From: Sulfuritalea sp.
GTDB lineage: Bacteria > Pseudomonadota > Gammaproteobacteria > Burkholderiales > Rhodocyclaceae
DNA length: 64,000 bases
Assembly (NCBI GenBank): GCA_021738385.1
Contig: JAIPCF010000001.1
Span: 19,036-83,035, forward strand
Direction: 5' to 3'
In this document: positions 43,155 to 55,159 of the stretch, piece after piece
How the letters are laid out: every line of letters starts with the position of its first letter
How positions within the stretch are numbered: the first letter of the stretch is position 1
Notes under the pieces: model-generated
Databases searched by the model: none
The model's input: only the letters and a program-made list of their open reading frames with translations
Told to the model about the DNA's origin: nothing
Program-made: the position numbers and the translations under genes

Positions 43155-43730
43155 CTAGCCTGACGGCAACTCCGGCGCGCCAATCATGCTCGCGACGCCC
43201 GTTGTCACAAACACGACAGCGGCAATCCAGCGAATCGTTGTCAGCGGAAGGCGCCTAGCCAGTCGTTCACCCACAATGACCGCCGGCACATTCGCCAACA
43301 TCATGCCCATCGTGGTTCCCATGACCACAGCAATCAATGCGCCTTGGAACTGCGCGCCCAGCGCAACAGTTGCGAACTGGGTTTTGTCGCCCATTTCAGC
43401 GATAAAGAAGGCGATGGTGGTAGTGACGAAGGCCCCTGCAGGATGTTGTTTTGGATCTTCATCGAGTGAGTCAGGGTGCAGCGCCCATAGACCAAAGGCG
43501 ATGAAGACGGTACCAGTAATCCACGGTAGCCACTGTGGTGAAATCAGTTTCGCCAACCACACGCCAAGTGTGCCGGCAAGGGCGTGATTGAGCACGGTGG
43601 CGACAAAGATGCCGGCGATGATCGGAAAAGGCTTGCGCATGCGCGCAGCAAGCACGAACGAAAGCAATTGCGTTTTGTCACCAATCTCAGCCAAGGCGAC
43701 CAGAGTTGCCGACGTAAAAAATGCTTCCAA
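43155..43730 (-). CDS. TMEM165/GDT1 (UPF0016) Mn2+/Ca2+ transporter
   Basis: Two E-phi-GDKTQ motifs (EIGDKTQ, EMGDKTQ); TTG start inferred at 43730. Confidence 0.9.
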   Translation of the reverse strand: MEAFFTSATLVALAEIGDKTQLLSFVLAARMRKPFPIIAGIFVATVLNHALAGTLGVWLAKLISPQWLPWITGTVFIAFGLWALHPDSLDEDPKQHPAGAFVTTTIAFFIAEMGDKTQFATVALGAQFQGALIAVVMGTTMGMMLANVPAVIVGERLARRLPLTTIRWIAAVVFVTTGVASMIGAPELPSG

Positions 43731-43738
43731 TCGAGGTT

Positions 43739-44185
43739 CTAATTTGCCGTCTTGCGGTGTGGGCAGTCCGGCTTGTTGCACTCAACATATAGATAAAGTG
43801 CGTGGTCTCGAACGGTGAAACCGCGTTCCTCAGCGACGCTAGTCTGGCGTTTTTCAATTGCAGAATCGTAGAACTCTTCCACTCGGCCGCACTCGACACA
43901 GACCAGATGGTCGTGGTGTTTGCCTTCATTCAGCTCAAAAATCGCCTTGCCCGATTCGAAATGATGCCGTTGTAGCAAGCCTGCCTGCTCAAATTGCGTT
44001 AGTACGCGATAGACGGTAGCCAAGCCTATATCCAGGTCGTCGGCAAGCAGGTGGCGATAGACATCCTCCGCTGTGACATGACGTGAGGAGCCTTCGTCTT
44101 GCAGTTTATGAAAGAGATCGAGGATCTTGAGCCGCGGATAGGTTGCCTTGAGGCCGATGTTCTTTAGGTCGTCGGGATGGGTCAT
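43739..44185 (-). CDS. fur: Ferric uptake regulator
   Basis: [26 protein letters not shown]; divergent from bamE. Confidence 0.97.
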   Translation of the reverse strand: MTHPDDLKNIGLKATYPRLKILDLFHKLQDEGSSRHVTAEDVYRHLLADDLDIGLATVYRVLTQFEQAGLLQRHHFESGKAIFELNEGKHHDHLVCVECGRVEEFYDSAIEKRQTSVAEERGFTVRDHALYLYVECNKPDCPHRKTAN

Positions 44186-44336
44186 GGGTCTTAAAGCGCG
44201 GTCTTTGCAACTCGGGTCTGAACAGGGAGCTATGATATAGTTTTCGAGCCCCGATTGGGATAAACAGTCGGGATACGACGAGGCATGCCGGAGTGGGGCA
44301 GCCATGATCTAATAGTGGTTTTTCCGGAATTTCCCG

Positions 44337-44759
44337 ATGAAGCGATTCCTTATGCTCCTGCCGTTTCTGGCAGCCTGTTCCAATGCTCCGCAGCTAACAT
44401 CGTTTTTTTCGCCCTATCGTATTGACGTGCGGCAGGGCAATTTCGTGACTCAGGAAATGGTGGCCCAACTGAAACCCGGACTCAGTCGCGAGCAGGTTCG
44501 CTTTATTTTGGGTTCCCCATTAGTGGCCGATATGTTCCACGAAGATCGCTGGGACTATATCTATCGCTTCCGGCCCGGGGCTGGCGAAGTCCAGCAACGA
44601 AGTCTTGCGGTGTTTTTTCAGGACAACAAGCTAACCCGCGTTGCGGGTGACGTAGTGGCTGAGGAGGCAGGTACGGCCAATACGACCAAGCCGGCTGCGC
44701 AGGTCATCGAAATCAAGGCGCCGGTCGCTGCCAGCACTGAAACTCAAGAGAAAAAATAG
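44337..44759 (+). CDS. bamE: Outer membrane protein assembly factor BamE
   Basis: Lipobox LAAC, QGN, LGSPL, RWDYIY. Confidence 0.94.
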   Translation: MKRFLMLLPFLAACSNAPQLTSFFSPYRIDVRQGNFVTQEMVAQLKPGLSREQVRFILGSPLVADMFHEDRWDYIYRFRPGAGEVQQRSLAVFFQDNKLTRVAGDVVAEEAGTANTTKPAAQVIEIKAPVAASTETQEKK

Positions 44760-44762
44760 AGC

Positions 44763-45569
44763 ATGAATACTATTCGGTATGCGATAGCCGGCAGCGCTGG
44801 GCGCATGGGCCGTACTCTGATCGAGGCTGTTCAACAGGATGAGGGAGCAACTCTTGCCGCGGCGCTCGAGCAGAGCGGTAGCCTGTTTCTTGGCAAGGAC
44901 GCCGGCGAGCTGGTCGGAGCACCTTGTGGAGTCCATATCAGCGCGGATATTGATGCCGCGTTGGCTGTTTCCGACTGCTTGATCGACTTCACGCGGCCCG
45001 AAGGCACGCTTCAGCATCTCGCTGCTTGTCTGCGGCATCGAGTTAGTCTGGTTATCGGAACCACAGGTTTTTCGATCGAGGGCAAGCAAGCGATTGAAGA
45101 CGCCGCGCGTGAGATTCCTGTGGTTTTCGCACCGAATATGGCTGTGGGTGTGAACGCGGTGTTCCGTCTGCTTGATGTTGCGGCGCGCATTCTCGATCAG
45201 GGCTACGACGTCGAAGTGATCGAGGCGCATCATCGCCACAAGGTCGATGCGCCTTCGGGGACTGCCCTTCACATGGGTGAAATCGTGGCGGCAGCGCTTG
45301 ATCGTGATTTGTCGGAGTGTGCAGTGTATGGTCGGGAAGGGCATACCGGGGAGCGGCCCGGGACCCAGATTGGTTTTTCAACCATTCGTGGAGGCGACAT
45401 CATCGGGGACCACACGGTCTTGTTCGCGGGCACGGGTGAACGCATCGAGATTACGCACAAGTCGGGTGGTCGCATGCCCTATGCACTGGGAGCTTTGCGT
45501 GCCGGTCGATTCATGAGCGGTCACGATCATGGCCTGTTCGACATGCAGGATGTACTGGGGCTGAAATAG
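44763..45569 (+). CDS. dapB: 4-hydroxy-tetrahydrodipicolinate reductase
   Basis: [24 protein letters not shown]. Confidence 0.97.
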   Translation: MNTIRYAIAGSAGRMGRTLIEAVQQDEGATLAAALEQSGSLFLGKDAGELVGAPCGVHISADIDAALAVSDCLIDFTRPEGTLQHLAACLRHRVSLVIGTTGFSIEGKQAIEDAAREIPVVFAPNMAVGVNAVFRLLDVAARILDQGYDVEVIEAHHRHKVDAPSGTALHMGEIVAAALDRDLSECAVYGREGHTGERPGTQIGFSTIRGGDIIGDHTVLFAGTGERIEITHKSGGRMPYALGALRAGRFMSGHDHGLFDMQDVLGLK

Positions 45570-45710
45570 CCGAGAAATCGCATCGCCGAGAGCTCTTCGC
45601 GTTGCGGTATGCACAGCGGAAGGGTACAATTCGACGGTTTGCCGGGCGCTATGTGAATCACGCGGTGCCCGGTTCCGATTGCTGAATTGCCTTGTCCCGG
45701 GAGCCTCATC

Positions 45711-46853
45711 GTGTCGTACTTTCCGCCTGCCCTTCTTGCCCTGGCCGACGGAACGGTGTTTAGAGGCAAAGGCATTGGTGCCATTGGCAGCAGCGTCGGC
45801 GAGGTGGTGTTCAACACAGCCATGTCCGGCTACCAGGAAATCCTCACGGATCCCTCCTACAGCCGTCAAATAGTTACTCTCACCTATCCCCATATCGGCA
45901 ACTACGGGGTCAATCAAGAGGACACGGAAGCTAATCGCGTTCACGCTGCTGGGCTGATCATTCGAGACCTGCCGTTGCTGGCTTCAAACTTTCGCAGTGA
46001 GCAAACGCTCGATGCCTATTTGCGTGCTGAAAAGGTATTGGGTCTGGCCGACATCGATACGCGAAAATTGACTCGCATCCTGCGTGACCAGGGCGCCCAG
46101 GCCGGCTGCCTGGTAGCCGGTGACAATCTCGATGCGGATGAAGCCATTGCTCTGGCACGTGACTTTCCCGGTCTGGCCGGAATGGATCTGGCGCAAGTGG
46201 TCGGTGCCCAGCAGTCTTATGTCTGGACTCAGGGTGAGTGGAAGCTTGGTGAGGGCTTCTCACAGCCGGATAATTTTAGTCATCACGTAGTTGCCTATGA
46301 TTTTGGCGTCAAGCGCAACATCCTGCGCATGCTCGCTTCGCGTGGTTGCAAACTGACGGTGGTACCCGCCAAGACAACTGCCGCTGAAGTCATGGCGCTC
46401 AACCCGGATGGGGTGTTTTTTTCCAACGGTCCTGGCGATCCTGAGCCGTGTGACTACGCGGTTGCTGCAATTCGAGAGTTTCTCGAGCGGCGCCTGCCGG
46501 TCTTCGGGATCTGTCTTGGTCATCAGTTAATGGGGCTGGCGGCTGGGGGCAAGACATTGAAAATGAAGTTTGGGCATCATGGCGCGAATCACCCGGTCAA
46601 GGATCTTGAGACGGGACAGGTGCTGATCACCAGCCAGAACCATGGCTTTGCGGTCGATCCATTGAGTCTGCCGGCGAACGTGAAAGTGACGCATGTCTCC
46701 TTGTTTGACGGGAGCCTGCAGGGCATGACCTGGACTGATCGGCCAGCATTTTGTTTTCAGGGACATCCGGAAGCGAGTCCGGGGCCGCAGGATCTTGCCT
46801 ATTTGTTCGATCGATTTACGCGTTCGATGGCCGCCGCCCGGCCGGCGAACTGA
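45711..46853 (+). CDS. carA: Carbamoyl-phosphate synthase small subunit
   Basis: GEVVFNT, SNGPGDP, GICLGHQ, FQGHPE. Confidence 0.98.
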   Translation: MSYFPPALLALADGTVFRGKGIGAIGSSVGEVVFNTAMSGYQEILTDPSYSRQIVTLTYPHIGNYGVNQEDTEANRVHAAGLIIRDLPLLASNFRSEQTLDAYLRAEKVLGLADIDTRKLTRILRDQGAQAGCLVAGDNLDADEAIALARDFPGLAGMDLAQVVGAQQSYVWTQGEWKLGEGFSQPDNFSHHVVAYDFGVKRNILRMLASRGCKLTVVPAKTTAAEVMALNPDGVFFSNGPGDPEPCDYAVAAIREFLERRLPVFGICLGHQLMGLAAGGKTLKMKFGHHGANHPVKDLETGQVLITSQNHGFAVDPLSLPANVKVTHVSLFDGSLQGMTWTDRPAFCFQGHPEASPGPQDLAYLFDRFTRSMAAARPAN

Positions 46854-46868
46854 GACGGACTCTTACTC

Positions 46869-47000
46869 ATGTCTTTTGGTGTCACCGAACTTGCAAAGCC
46901 GTTTCGTTGCAGACGCAGAATGGCTGCTAGAACTGCCGGTGGTATCGATGCAGTATTTGTTGAATTTGGCGTGGGTCTCGCCGATTCAATCCTGAATTGA
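46869..47000 (+). pseudogene. Internally deleted LysE-family leucine efflux (leuE-like) remnant, 43 codons
   Basis: MSFGVTEL resembles a LeuE N-terminus and AKPFRCRRRMAARTAGGIDAVFVEFGVGLADSILN resembles a LeuE C-terminal helix; leuE often lies between carA and carB in Betaproteobacteria (recalled, not searched). Confidence 0.65.
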
Positions 47001-47025
47001 CTGAAAACTATTATGAATAAGCGTC

Positions 47026-50000
47026 ATGCCAAAGCGTAGCGACATACATAGCATTCTTATCATCGGAGCCGGCCCGATCATCATCGGTCAGGCTTGCGAG
47101 TTCGACTATTCGGGCGCCCAGGCTTGCAAGGCTTTGCGTGAAGAAGGTTACCGAGTCATTCTGGTCAATTCAAATCCCGCGACGATCATGACTGATCCTG
47201 GCATGGCGGATGTGACCTACATCGAACCGATCAACTGGCGCGTTCTGGAGAACATCATCGCCAAAGAACGACCGGATGCTGTCCTGCCGACCATGGGCGG
47301 TCAGACCGCCTTGAACTGCGCGCTTGATCTGGCCAAGCACGGCGTACTGGAAAAATATGGTGTCGAGATGATCGGCGCCTCGCGTGAAGCCATCGATATG
47401 GCCGAGGATCGCGAGAAATTCAAGAAGGCCATGACTCGCATCGGTCTTGGCTCGGCACGTTCCGGCATCGCCCACAGTATGGAAGAGGCGCAGCAGGTGC
47501 AGGGAGCCATGGGCTTCCCCACCATCATTCGGCCTTCCTTCACCATGGGAGGGTCGGGTGGCGGTATCGCCTATAACCAGGAAGAGTTTGTCGAAATCTG
47601 CAAGCGCGGGCTTGAAGCCAGTCCGACCAAGGAGTTGCTGATCGAGGAATCGCTGCTCGGCTGGAAAGAGTACGAGATGGAGGTGGTTCGCGACTCCAAG
47701 GACAACTGCATCATCATCTGTTCAATCGAGAATCTCGATCCGATGGGTGTGCATACTGGTGATTCGATCACGGTAGCTCCTGCCCAGACGCTCACCGACC
47801 GCGAATACCAGATCATGCGCAATGCCAGTATCGCGGTACTTCGTGAAATTGGTGTGGATACGGGTGGTTCCAATGTGCAGTTCGCCATCAATCCGAAAAA
47901 TGGAGCGATGGTGGTGATCGAGATGAACCCGCGTGTTTCGCGTTCCTCGGCACTGGCTTCAAAGGCGACGGGCTTCCCGATCGCCAAAGTGGCTGCCAAG
48001 CTGGCGGTGGGTTATACGCTCGATGAGCTGAAGAACGATATTACTGGCGGCGCGACGCCCGCATCATTCGAGCCGTCGATCGACTATGTGGTTACCAAGG
48101 TTCCGCGTTTCGCTTTCGAAAAGTTTCCCTTGGCCAACGACCGCCTGACGACACAGATGAAGTCAGTCGGCGAAGTCATGGCGATCGGCCGCAGTTTTCA
48201 GGAGTCCTTGCAGAAAGCTCTGCGTGGACTCGAAGTCAGCGTATATGGTTTTGACGAGATCGATGCTGACCGCGAAGAGATCAATCGTGAGTTGGTCAGC
48301 CCCGGTCCGGAGCGTATCTGGTATCTGGCCCAGGCCATGCGCGAGGGTTACACCCTGCAGCAGGTGTTTGATCTGACCAAAATAGATCCGTGGTTCCTGG
48401 TACAGATTGAGGACATTATCAATACCGAAGGCTGGATGCGATCGCAGAATCTGGAAGATATGGACGCTACCACTTTGCGCAATCTCAAGCGCAAGGGCTT
48501 TTCGGATCGTCGCATCGGCACGCTGGTCAGCGCCAGCCAGGATCCTGCAGAAGGCGCCAGCGGCGAAACCGCTGTGCGCGAGCGTCGCCATGCGCTTGGC
48601 GTGCGCCCGGTTTATAAACGCGTCGATACTTGTGCTGGCGAGTTTTCTACCTCAACCGCCTACATGTACTCGACCTACGAGGAAGAATGCGAAGCGAAGC
48701 CGACCACGCGCAAGAAAATCATGGTGCTTGGTGGCGGGCCAAATCGCATTGGTCAGGGTATTGAGTTTGACTACTGTTGCGTGCATGCGGCTTTTGCCAT
48801 GCGCGAAGACGGCTATGAAACTATCATGGTCAATTGCAACCCGGAGACTGTTTCCACCGACTATGACACTTCGGATCGCCTGTATTTCGAGCCGGTGACG
48901 CTGGAAGATATTCTGGAAATCGTCCATGTCGAACAGCCAACGGGTGTCATCGTTCAATTTGGCGGCCAGACACCTCTGAAACGTGCTCGAGAGCTCGAGT
49001 TGAATGGTGTTCCCATTATCGGCACCAGCCCCGACATGATCGATGCCGCCGAGGACAGAGAACGTTTCCAGAAATTGCTGCACGATCTGGGTCTCAAACA
49101 GCCGCCGAATCGCACCGCGCGTACCGAGCCCGACGCAATTCGCCTGGCCGCGGAAATCGGCTATCCACTGGTGGTGCGTCCTTCCTACGTGCTGGGCGGT
49201 CGCGCCATGGAAATCGTGCACGAACAGAAAGACCTTGAGCGCTACATGCGCGACGCTATCAAAGTTTCCTTTGATTCCCCGGTATTGCTCGATCGATTTC
49301 TCAATGACGCCACCGAGGTCGATGTCGATGCCTTGTCGGATGGCTCGCAGGTATTGATCGGCGGGATCATGGAGCACATCGAGCAGGCGGGCGTGCATTC
49401 TGGCGATTCGGCCTGTTCGCTACCTCCGTTTTCGCTGTCAACGGAAATTCAGGACGAATTGCGCCGGCAGACTGCAATGATGGCCATGGGACTCAATGTT
49501 GTTGGCCTCATGAACGTTCAGTTTGCCATTCAGGGTAGCGGAGCCGATGCGGCGGTGTACGTTCTGGAAGTCAATCCACGTGCGTCGCGCACCGTGCCTT
49601 TTGTATCCAAGGCAACAAGTTTGCCACTGGCCAAAATCGCTGCGCGCTGCATGGCGGGGCGCAGCCTGGCTGATCAGGGTGTTACCCGTGAGATCGTTCC
49701 GCCCTATTACTCGGTGAAGGAGGCGGTATTTCCCTTTATCAAGTTTCCTGGCGTCGATACGATCCTGGGACCGGAAATGAAGTCCACCGGCGAAGTCATG
49801 GGTGTCGGTCGAACCTTTGGCGAAGCCTTCGTCAAGTCGCAGTACGCCGCCGGAACACGCTTGCCTACTTCGGGCAAGGTCTTTATAAGCGTGAAACCGG
49901 CTGATCGGCAAAAAGCGGTAGACGTCGCACGTGAGTTGCATGAACTCGGATTTGCGCTGGTGGCCACTCGTGGTACCGGTGGCGCGATAAGTGCCGCCGG

Positions 50001-50271
50001 GATGGAGGTGGAATTGGTAAACAAAGTTACAGAGGGGCGTCCGCACGTTGTCGATATGATCAAAAATGGCGAGATTGCCCTTATTGTTAACACCGTCGAA
50101 GAAAAACGCACTGCGATTGTTGATTCGCGCTCGATACGTACCTCTGCACTTGGTGCAAAGGTCACGTTGTTCACTACTGTCGAAGGTGCCCACGCCGCCT
50201 GTGCCGGCATGAGACACGCCGGTCTTGAAACCTATTCCCTGCAGTCACTGCACGCCGAACTAAAAGCATGA
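47026..50271 (+). CDS. carB: Carbamoyl-phosphate synthase large subunit
   Basis: [10 protein letters not shown], two ATP-grasp halves, GVHTGDS / GVHSGDS. Confidence 0.99.
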   Translation: MPKRSDIHSILIIGAGPIIIGQACEFDYSGAQACKALREEGYRVILVNSNPATIMTDPGMADVTYIEPINWRVLENIIAKERPDAVLPTMGGQTALNCALDLAKHGVLEKYGVEMIGASREAIDMAEDREKFKKAMTRIGLGSARSGIAHSMEEAQQVQGAMGFPTIIRPSFTMGGSGGGIAYNQEEFVEICKRGLEASPTKELLIEESLLGWKEYEMEVVRDSKDNCIIICSIENLDPMGVHTGDSITVAPAQTLTDREYQIMRNASIAVLREIGVDTGGSNVQFAINPKNGAMVVIEMNPRVSRSSALASKATGFPIAKVAAKLAVGYTLDELKNDITGGATPASFEPSIDYVVTKVPRFAFEKFPLANDRLTTQMKSVGEVMAIGRSFQESLQKALRGLEVSVYGFDEIDADREEINRELVSPGPERIWYLAQAMREGYTLQQVFDLTKIDPWFLVQIEDIINTEGWMRSQNLEDMDATTLRNLKRKGFSDRRIGTLVSASQDPAEGASGETAVRERRHALGVRPVYKRVDTCAGEFSTSTAYMYSTYEEECEAKPTTRKKIMVLGGGPNRIGQGIEFDYCCVHAAFAMREDGYETIMVNCNPETVSTDYDTSDRLYFEPVTLEDILEIVHVEQPTGVIVQFGGQTPLKRARELELNGVPIIGTSPDMIDAAEDRERFQKLLHDLGLKQPPNRTARTEPDAIRLAAEIGYPLVVRPSYVLGGRAMEIVHEQKDLERYMRDAIKVSFDSPVLLDRFLNDATEVDVDALSDGSQVLIGGIMEHIEQAGVHSGDSACSLPPFSLSTEIQDELRRQTAMMAMGLNVVGLMNVQFAIQGSGADAAVYVLEVNPRASRTVPFVSKATSLPLAKIAARCMAGRSLADQGVTREIVPPYYSVKEAVFPFIKFPGVDTILGPEMKSTGEVMGVGRTFGEAFVKSQYAAGTRLPTSGKVFISVKPADRQKAVDVARELHELGFALVATRGTGGAISAAGMEVELVNKVTEGRPHVVDMIKNGEIALIVNTVEEKRTAIVDSRSIRTSALGAKVTLFTTVEGAHAACAGMRHAGLETYSLQSLHAELKA

Positions 50272-50747
50272 GCGGAAAATTTCCCATTACCTTGCGCGGT
50301 GCGGAATTGCTGCGAAAAGAGCTTCACCGCTTGAAGACGATCGACCGTCCCGCGGTGATTGCAGCTATTGCCGAAGCGCGGTCGCATGGTGATCTCTCGG
50401 AGAATGCCGAATACGATGCCGCCAAGGAAAGGCAAGGCTTTATCGAAGGTCGCCTCAAGGAAGTCGAGGGCAAGCTCGGTCATGCGCAGATTATCGACCC
50501 GGCGTCCCTGGATGCAGATGGTCGCGTCGTCTTCGGCGCTACGGTTGAACTCGAAGATATGGATAGCGGTGACGTCGTGAGCTATCAAATCGTTGGCGAC
50601 GATGAGGCCGATATCAAAGCCGGCCTGCTCTCGTTGAACTCTCCTGTAGCGCGCGCGCTAATCGGCAAATTTGCCGGCGACGTTGCCGAAGTGCAAACCC
50701 CAGGCGGGCGGCGCGAATACGAGATTCTTGACGTCAAGTACGTTTGA
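50268..50747 (+). CDS. greA: Transcription elongation factor GreA
   Basis: [19 protein letters not shown]. Confidence 0.97.
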   Translation: MSGKFPITLRGAELLRKELHRLKTIDRPAVIAAIAEARSHGDLSENAEYDAAKERQGFIEGRLKEVEGKLGHAQIIDPASLDADGRVVFGATVELEDMDSGDVVSYQIVGDDEADIKAGLLSLNSPVARALIGKFAGDVAEVQTPGGRREYEILDVKYV

Positions 50748-50748
50748 G

Positions 50749-51213
50749 ATGAAGGGCCTGAGTTCAGCGCTCTTCAGTATTTCGATAACAGTTTGGGTGG
50801 GGGGCATGCTGGCAATCGGCTTTGTTGCAGCGCCTGTCTTGTTTACCCAATTGACCGATCGCAGCGTGGCGGGAAACCTGGCAGGGACGATGTTTTCGGT
50901 CATATCGTGGGTCGGCCTTGCCTGCGGCACCTACCTGACGTTATTCCTGGTTTTCATCAAAGGCCGGAACGTAAAAACCTCGTCGGTTTTCTGGATTATT
51001 CTGCTGATGCTTTGCCTGACGGTAGTTGGCCACTTCGGTGTTCAGCCAATCTTGGCGCAACTTCAGGCGGATGCCTTGCCGAGCAGGATCATGCAAAGCG
51101 ATTTGCGCGATCGATTTGTCAGCTGGCATCGAGTGTCGGCCGTGCTTTTCATTCTGCAAACCTTGCTGGGGATCGCGTTAGTGGTTTTACAGGAACGTGG
51201 CAGGACGCGATAA
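50749..51213 (+). CDS. DUF4149 membrane protein
   Basis: WVGG..APVLF, four TM segments; greA-DUF4149-yhbY-rlmE synteny. Confidence 0.85.
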   Translation: MKGLSSALFSISITVWVGGMLAIGFVAAPVLFTQLTDRSVAGNLAGTMFSVISWVGLACGTYLTLFLVFIKGRNVKTSSVFWIILLMLCLTVVGHFGVQPILAQLQADALPSRIMQSDLRDRFVSWHRVSAVLFILQTLLGIALVVLQERGRTR

Positions 51214-51247
51214 TTCTGCCTTAGGGCGTTTTTGCAGGGGTTCGACT

Positions 51248-51631
51248 TCAGCGCCTGCGGGCTCTGGTTTCGTTTCGCGCAGCAGCCTGTTTTTTTGTCA
51301 TGGGTGCCGATTTACGGGTTCTCGCAGGCACCATTTCTATGGCTTCCTTGGGATTCTCGCGCCAGAGTACCAGCAGGTTTCCGATGTGTTGGACAGTGGC
51401 GCAATTGAGCGAAGTACATATTTCAGTGAATAGAGCGTCACGGTTATCGCGCTCAATACCGTACAGTCTAAGCTTGATCAGTTCATGCGCCTTGAGGCTG
51501 CGGTCGATCTCGGCAAGGACAGATGGTGTCAGGCCTTTTTGGCTGATGGAAACGACAGGATTCAGATGATGCGCTGCAGCACGAAGAGTACGTCGCTGGA
51601 TGGGGCTCAATTGGTTGGTATTTTCAGTCAT
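51248..51631 (-). CDS. yhbY: YhbY/CRM RNA-binding protein
   Basis: [26 protein letters not shown]. Confidence 0.93.
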   Translation of the reverse strand: MTENTNQLSPIQRRTLRAAAHHLNPVVSISQKGLTPSVLAEIDRSLKAHELIKLRLYGIERDNRDALFTEICTSLNCATVQHIGNLLVLWRENPKEAIEMVPARTRKSAPMTKKQAAARNETRARRR

Positions 51632-51645
51632 GGTGGGATTTTAGC

Positions 51646-52296
51646 GTGAGCGGGAAGAACGAGGCCAGCAATAAGGTAAAGAAAAACAAAACAACCAAGG
51701 CCTGGATCACCGAGCACGTCAACGACGCCTATGTGCAGCGTGCCAGAGCCGAGGGTTGGCGTTCCCGTGCGGCGTTCAAGCTGACCGAAGTCGATGATCA
51801 GGACAAACTGCTGAAGTCGGGTATGACAGTGGTGGATCTGGGCTCGGCACCCGGCAGTTGGTCGCAAGTTGCCGCCAGGAGGATTTCCCCCGGGGGACGG
51901 TTGATCGCGCTTGATCTGTTGCCAATGGAGGCAGTGCACGGGGTCGAATTTATTCAAGGAGATTTCCGCGAAGCCGAGGTCTTGCAAAAATTGACCGATA
52001 CCCTCAATGGACGTCAGGTCGACCTTGTTTTGTCTGATATGGCCCCCAATATGTCGGGTATAGGCGTGGTCGATCAGGCACGAGTGATGCTTTTGGCGGA
52101 ATTGACGCTGGAGTTCTGCGTAGCGCATTTGAGGAAAGGCGGCGCCATGCTGGTTAAGGTTTTTCAGGGCGATGGCTTCATGGAATTGCGCCGCGACTTG
52201 CAGCAACAGTTCCAAACTTTGCAGATGAGAAAGCCCGCCGCGTCGCGTAACCGTAGCGCCGAGATATACCTGCTGGCAAGGAACAAGAAGGCCTGA
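51646..52296 (+). CDS. rlmE: 23S rRNA Um2552 methyltransferase
   Basis: [28 protein letters not shown]. Confidence 0.96.
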   Translation: MSGKNEASNKVKKNKTTKAWITEHVNDAYVQRARAEGWRSRAAFKLTEVDDQDKLLKSGMTVVDLGSAPGSWSQVAARRISPGGRLIALDLLPMEAVHGVEFIQGDFREAEVLQKLTDTLNGRQVDLVLSDMAPNMSGIGVVDQARVMLLAELTLEFCVAHLRKGGAMLVKVFQGDGFMELRRDLQQQFQTLQMRKPAASRNRSAEIYLLARNKKA

Positions 52297-52313
52297 CGTA
52301 CGGTCCACATGGT

Positions 52314-52342
52314 TTGCAGGGCACTACATTCAGCATTAGAAT
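52314..52342 (+). promoter_or_regulatory. Putative sigma70 promoter of ftsH
   Basis: TTGCAG-N17-TAGAAT. Confidence 0.6.
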
Positions 52343-52384
52343 GATCTGATACATGATCCCGAACCGGGAAAGAGAGGCTCCACC

Positions 52385-54268
52385 TTGAATAATATGTTCA
52401 AAAACATGGCGATCTGGATGGTGATCGGCATAGTCCTGATGACGGTGTTCAATCAGTTCAACACCCGTCAGGCAATGCTTGGATCACTTGAATACTCGCA
52501 GTTCCTGGAAGAGGTGAAGCAAGGCCGCATTACCAAGGTGGTGATTCAGGGACGTACTCTGGAAGCCACGACGACTGACGGCAAGCGCATCAGCACTTAT
52601 GCGCCTCCTGATTTATGGATGGTGTCCGATTTGTTGAAGAACAATGTCAAGGTCATCGCCAAGCCGGAGGAAGAACAATCCTTCCTCACCAGTATTTTCG
52701 TTTCATGGTTCCCCATGCTGCTGCTGATCGGCGTCTGGGTGTTCTTCATGCGTCAAATGCAGGGTGGCGGCAAGGGTGGTGCGTTTTCGTTCGGCAAGAG
52801 CCGCGCCCGGATGATGGATGAATCATCCAATGTCATCACGTTTGCTGATGTCGCCGGTTGTGATGAAGCCAAGGAAGAAGTCTATGAGATGGTCGACTTC
52901 CTTCGCGATCCCTCGAAGTTCCAGAAGCTCGGCGGGCGAATTCCTCGCGGCGTGCTGCTGGTTGGCTCGCCCGGTACCGGCAAAACCTTGCTGGCGAAGG
53001 CAATTGCGGGCGAGGCCAAAGTACCTTTCTTCTCGATTTCCGGCTCGGATTTTGTCGAGATGTTTGTCGGTGTTGGCGCAGCGCGAGTGCGCGATATGTT
53101 CGAGCAGGCCAAGAAATCCTCACCGTGCATTATTTTCATTGACGAGCTTGATGCCGTTGGTCGTCAGCGCGGTGCAGGTCTCGGTGGCGGCAATGACGAA
53201 CGCGAGCAGACCCTGAACCAGATGCTGGTCGAGATGGACGGTTTTGAGCCATCCGTGGGTGTGATTGTGGTGGCGGCAACCAACCGTCCAGACGTGCTGG
53301 ATCCAGCGTTGTTGCGTCCCGGTCGCTTCGACCGCCAGGTGGTGGTGCCGTTGCCGGATATTCGCGGTCGCGAACAGATACTCAAGGTACATATGCGCAA
53401 GGTGCCGGTGGCCCCTGATATCGATGCATCGATTCTGGCTCGTGGTTGCCCCGGCTTTTCAGGTGCCGATCTGGCCAATCTGGTCAATGAGGCCGCGTTG
53501 TTTGCCGCCCGCAGCAACAAGCGACTGGTCGATATGGAAGATTTCGAGCGTGCCAAGGACAAGATCATGATGGGCGCGGAGCGCCGCTCCATGGTCATGC
53601 CTGAAGAGGAGCGCAAGAACACCGCATACCATGAGTCCGGCCATGCCGTGGTAGCGAAATTGCTGCCCAAGACTGACCCGGTGCATAAAGTCACCATCAT
53701 CCCGCGTGGCCGTGCGCTGGGCCTGACCATGCAACTGCCCGATCAGGAACGCTACAGCCAGGACCGCGAACGGCTGCTGAGCACCATCACCGTTCTGTTC
53801 GGTGGCCGTATCGCTGAAGAACTGTTCATGCAGCAAATGACCACCGGCGCCTCGAATGATTTCCAGCGAGCCACTGATCTGGCGCGACGGATGGTGACGC
53901 AATGGGGTATGTCCGACAGTCTGGGTCCTATGGTGTACGGCGAAGAAGAGGGTGAGATATTCCTTGGCCGTTCGGTGACCACGCACAAGAACATGTCGGA
54001 ATCGACCATGCAGAAAGTGGATGTCGAGATTCGCCGCATGCTCGATGAGCAGTACGCACGTGCGCGCAAAATTCTTGAAGAAAATCGTGACAAGGTCGAG
54101 GCCATGGCTGCCGCATTGCTCGAGTTGGAAACCATTGACTCCGACCAGATCAACGACATCATGGCCGGCTTGCCGCCTCGCGCACCGAAGCCGTCCAGTT
54201 CGATTCCCTTGCGCAGGAGCGACAATGATGAGCCGGGCGCCGAGCCGACCGCGCCGGCAACGGCCTGA
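52385..54268 (+). CDS. ftsH: ATP-dependent zinc metalloprotease FtsH
   Basis: Two TMs, [22 protein letters not shown]. Confidence 0.99.
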   Translation: MNNMFKNMAIWMVIGIVLMTVFNQFNTRQAMLGSLEYSQFLEEVKQGRITKVVIQGRTLEATTTDGKRISTYAPPDLWMVSDLLKNNVKVIAKPEEEQSFLTSIFVSWFPMLLLIGVWVFFMRQMQGGGKGGAFSFGKSRARMMDESSNVITFADVAGCDEAKEEVYEMVDFLRDPSKFQKLGGRIPRGVLLVGSPGTGKTLLAKAIAGEAKVPFFSISGSDFVEMFVGVGAARVRDMFEQAKKSSPCIIFIDELDAVGRQRGAGLGGGNDEREQTLNQMLVEMDGFEPSVGVIVVAATNRPDVLDPALLRPGRFDRQVVVPLPDIRGREQILKVHMRKVPVAPDIDASILARGCPGFSGADLANLVNEAALFAARSNKRLVDMEDFERAKDKIMMGAERRSMVMPEEERKNTAYHESGHAVVAKLLPKTDPVHKVTIIPRGRALGLTMQLPDQERYSQDRERLLSTITVLFGGRIAEELFMQQMTTGASNDFQRATDLARRMVTQWGMSDSLGPMVYGEEEGEIFLGRSVTTHKNMSESTMQKVDVEIRRMLDEQYARARKILEENRDKVEAMAAALLELETIDSDQINDIMAGLPPRAPKPSSSIPLRRSDNDEPGAEPTAPATA

Positions 54269-54287
54269 TATCTGAATCAACTCGAAC

Positions 54288-54328
54288 GGGCCGCCGAATA
54301 CTAAGAAATTCGGCGGCCCTTATTCTTT
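54288..54328 (+). terminator. Rho-independent terminator after ftsH
   Basis: gggccgccgaat...attcggcggccc 12-bp stem followed by ttattcttt. Confidence 0.8.
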
Positions 54329-55159
54329 ATGACCCAGAACTTTCATTGCGGCCGCCATGTACTCAATGCCGAGCGTCCACTCATCATGGGCATCGTCAAC
54401 CTGTCGGATGATTCGTTTTCGGGCGACGGGCTGAAGGGCAACACCGAAGCCGCCATCGCACAGGGCATGAAACTGCTGGACGAAGGCGCGCACATTCTCG
54501 ACCTCGGTGCCGAATCTTCGCGACCTGGGGCCGAACCGGTGTCGGCGCAGCAAGAGATCGATCGCCTGTTGCCGGTGCTCGATGTCCTGCATAAGAGCGG
54601 CGCACCGCTGTCGATTGATACTGTCAAAGCGGAAGTGATGCGCGCCGCACTGGCAGCCGGCGCCGACATGATCAACGACATCAATGCGCTGCGGGCTCCC
54701 GGCGCCCTGGAGATCGTCGCGGCCAGCAACGCCGGAGTGTGTTTGATGCACATGCAGGGCGATCCGGGCTCGATGCAAAATTCTCCACATTACAGCGACG
54801 TCGTCGCCGAAGTGGTCGAGTATCTTGCCGAGCGTGTCGCCGCCGCCGAGGCAGCGGGGATTGCACTGAACCGGATAGCGGTCGACCCAGGGTTCGGATT
54901 TGGCAAGACCTTGGAACACAACATCGAACTGATGCGCCGCCTGGGCGAACTGGTAGTGCCGGGACTGCCTCTGCTTATCGGGCTTTCACGCAAGTCCATG
55001 CTAGGCCTGATTACCGGAAGGCCGCCCCAGGAAAGGATCCATGCCGGTATCGCCGCGCATGTGCTGGCGGTGGAGCGCGGCGCGCGCATCGTGCGGGTAC
55101 ATGATGTCGCTGCGACACGCGATGCGCTCGCGGTATTGCAGGCTGTGGAGGACTATTGA
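54329..55159 (+). CDS. folP: Dihydropteroate synthase
   Basis: MGIVN..DSFS, ESSRPGA, DPGFGFGK, SRKS, RVHDV. Confidence 0.97.
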   Translation: MTQNFHCGRHVLNAERPLIMGIVNLSDDSFSGDGLKGNTEAAIAQGMKLLDEGAHILDLGAESSRPGAEPVSAQQEIDRLLPVLDVLHKSGAPLSIDTVKAEVMRAALAAGADMINDINALRAPGALEIVAASNAGVCLMHMQGDPGSMQNSPHYSDVVAEVVEYLAERVAAAEAAGIALNRIAVDPGFGFGKTLEHNIELMRRLGELVVPGLPLLIGLSRKSMLGLITGRPPQERIHAGIAAHVLAVERGARIVRVHDVAATRDALAVLQAVEDY

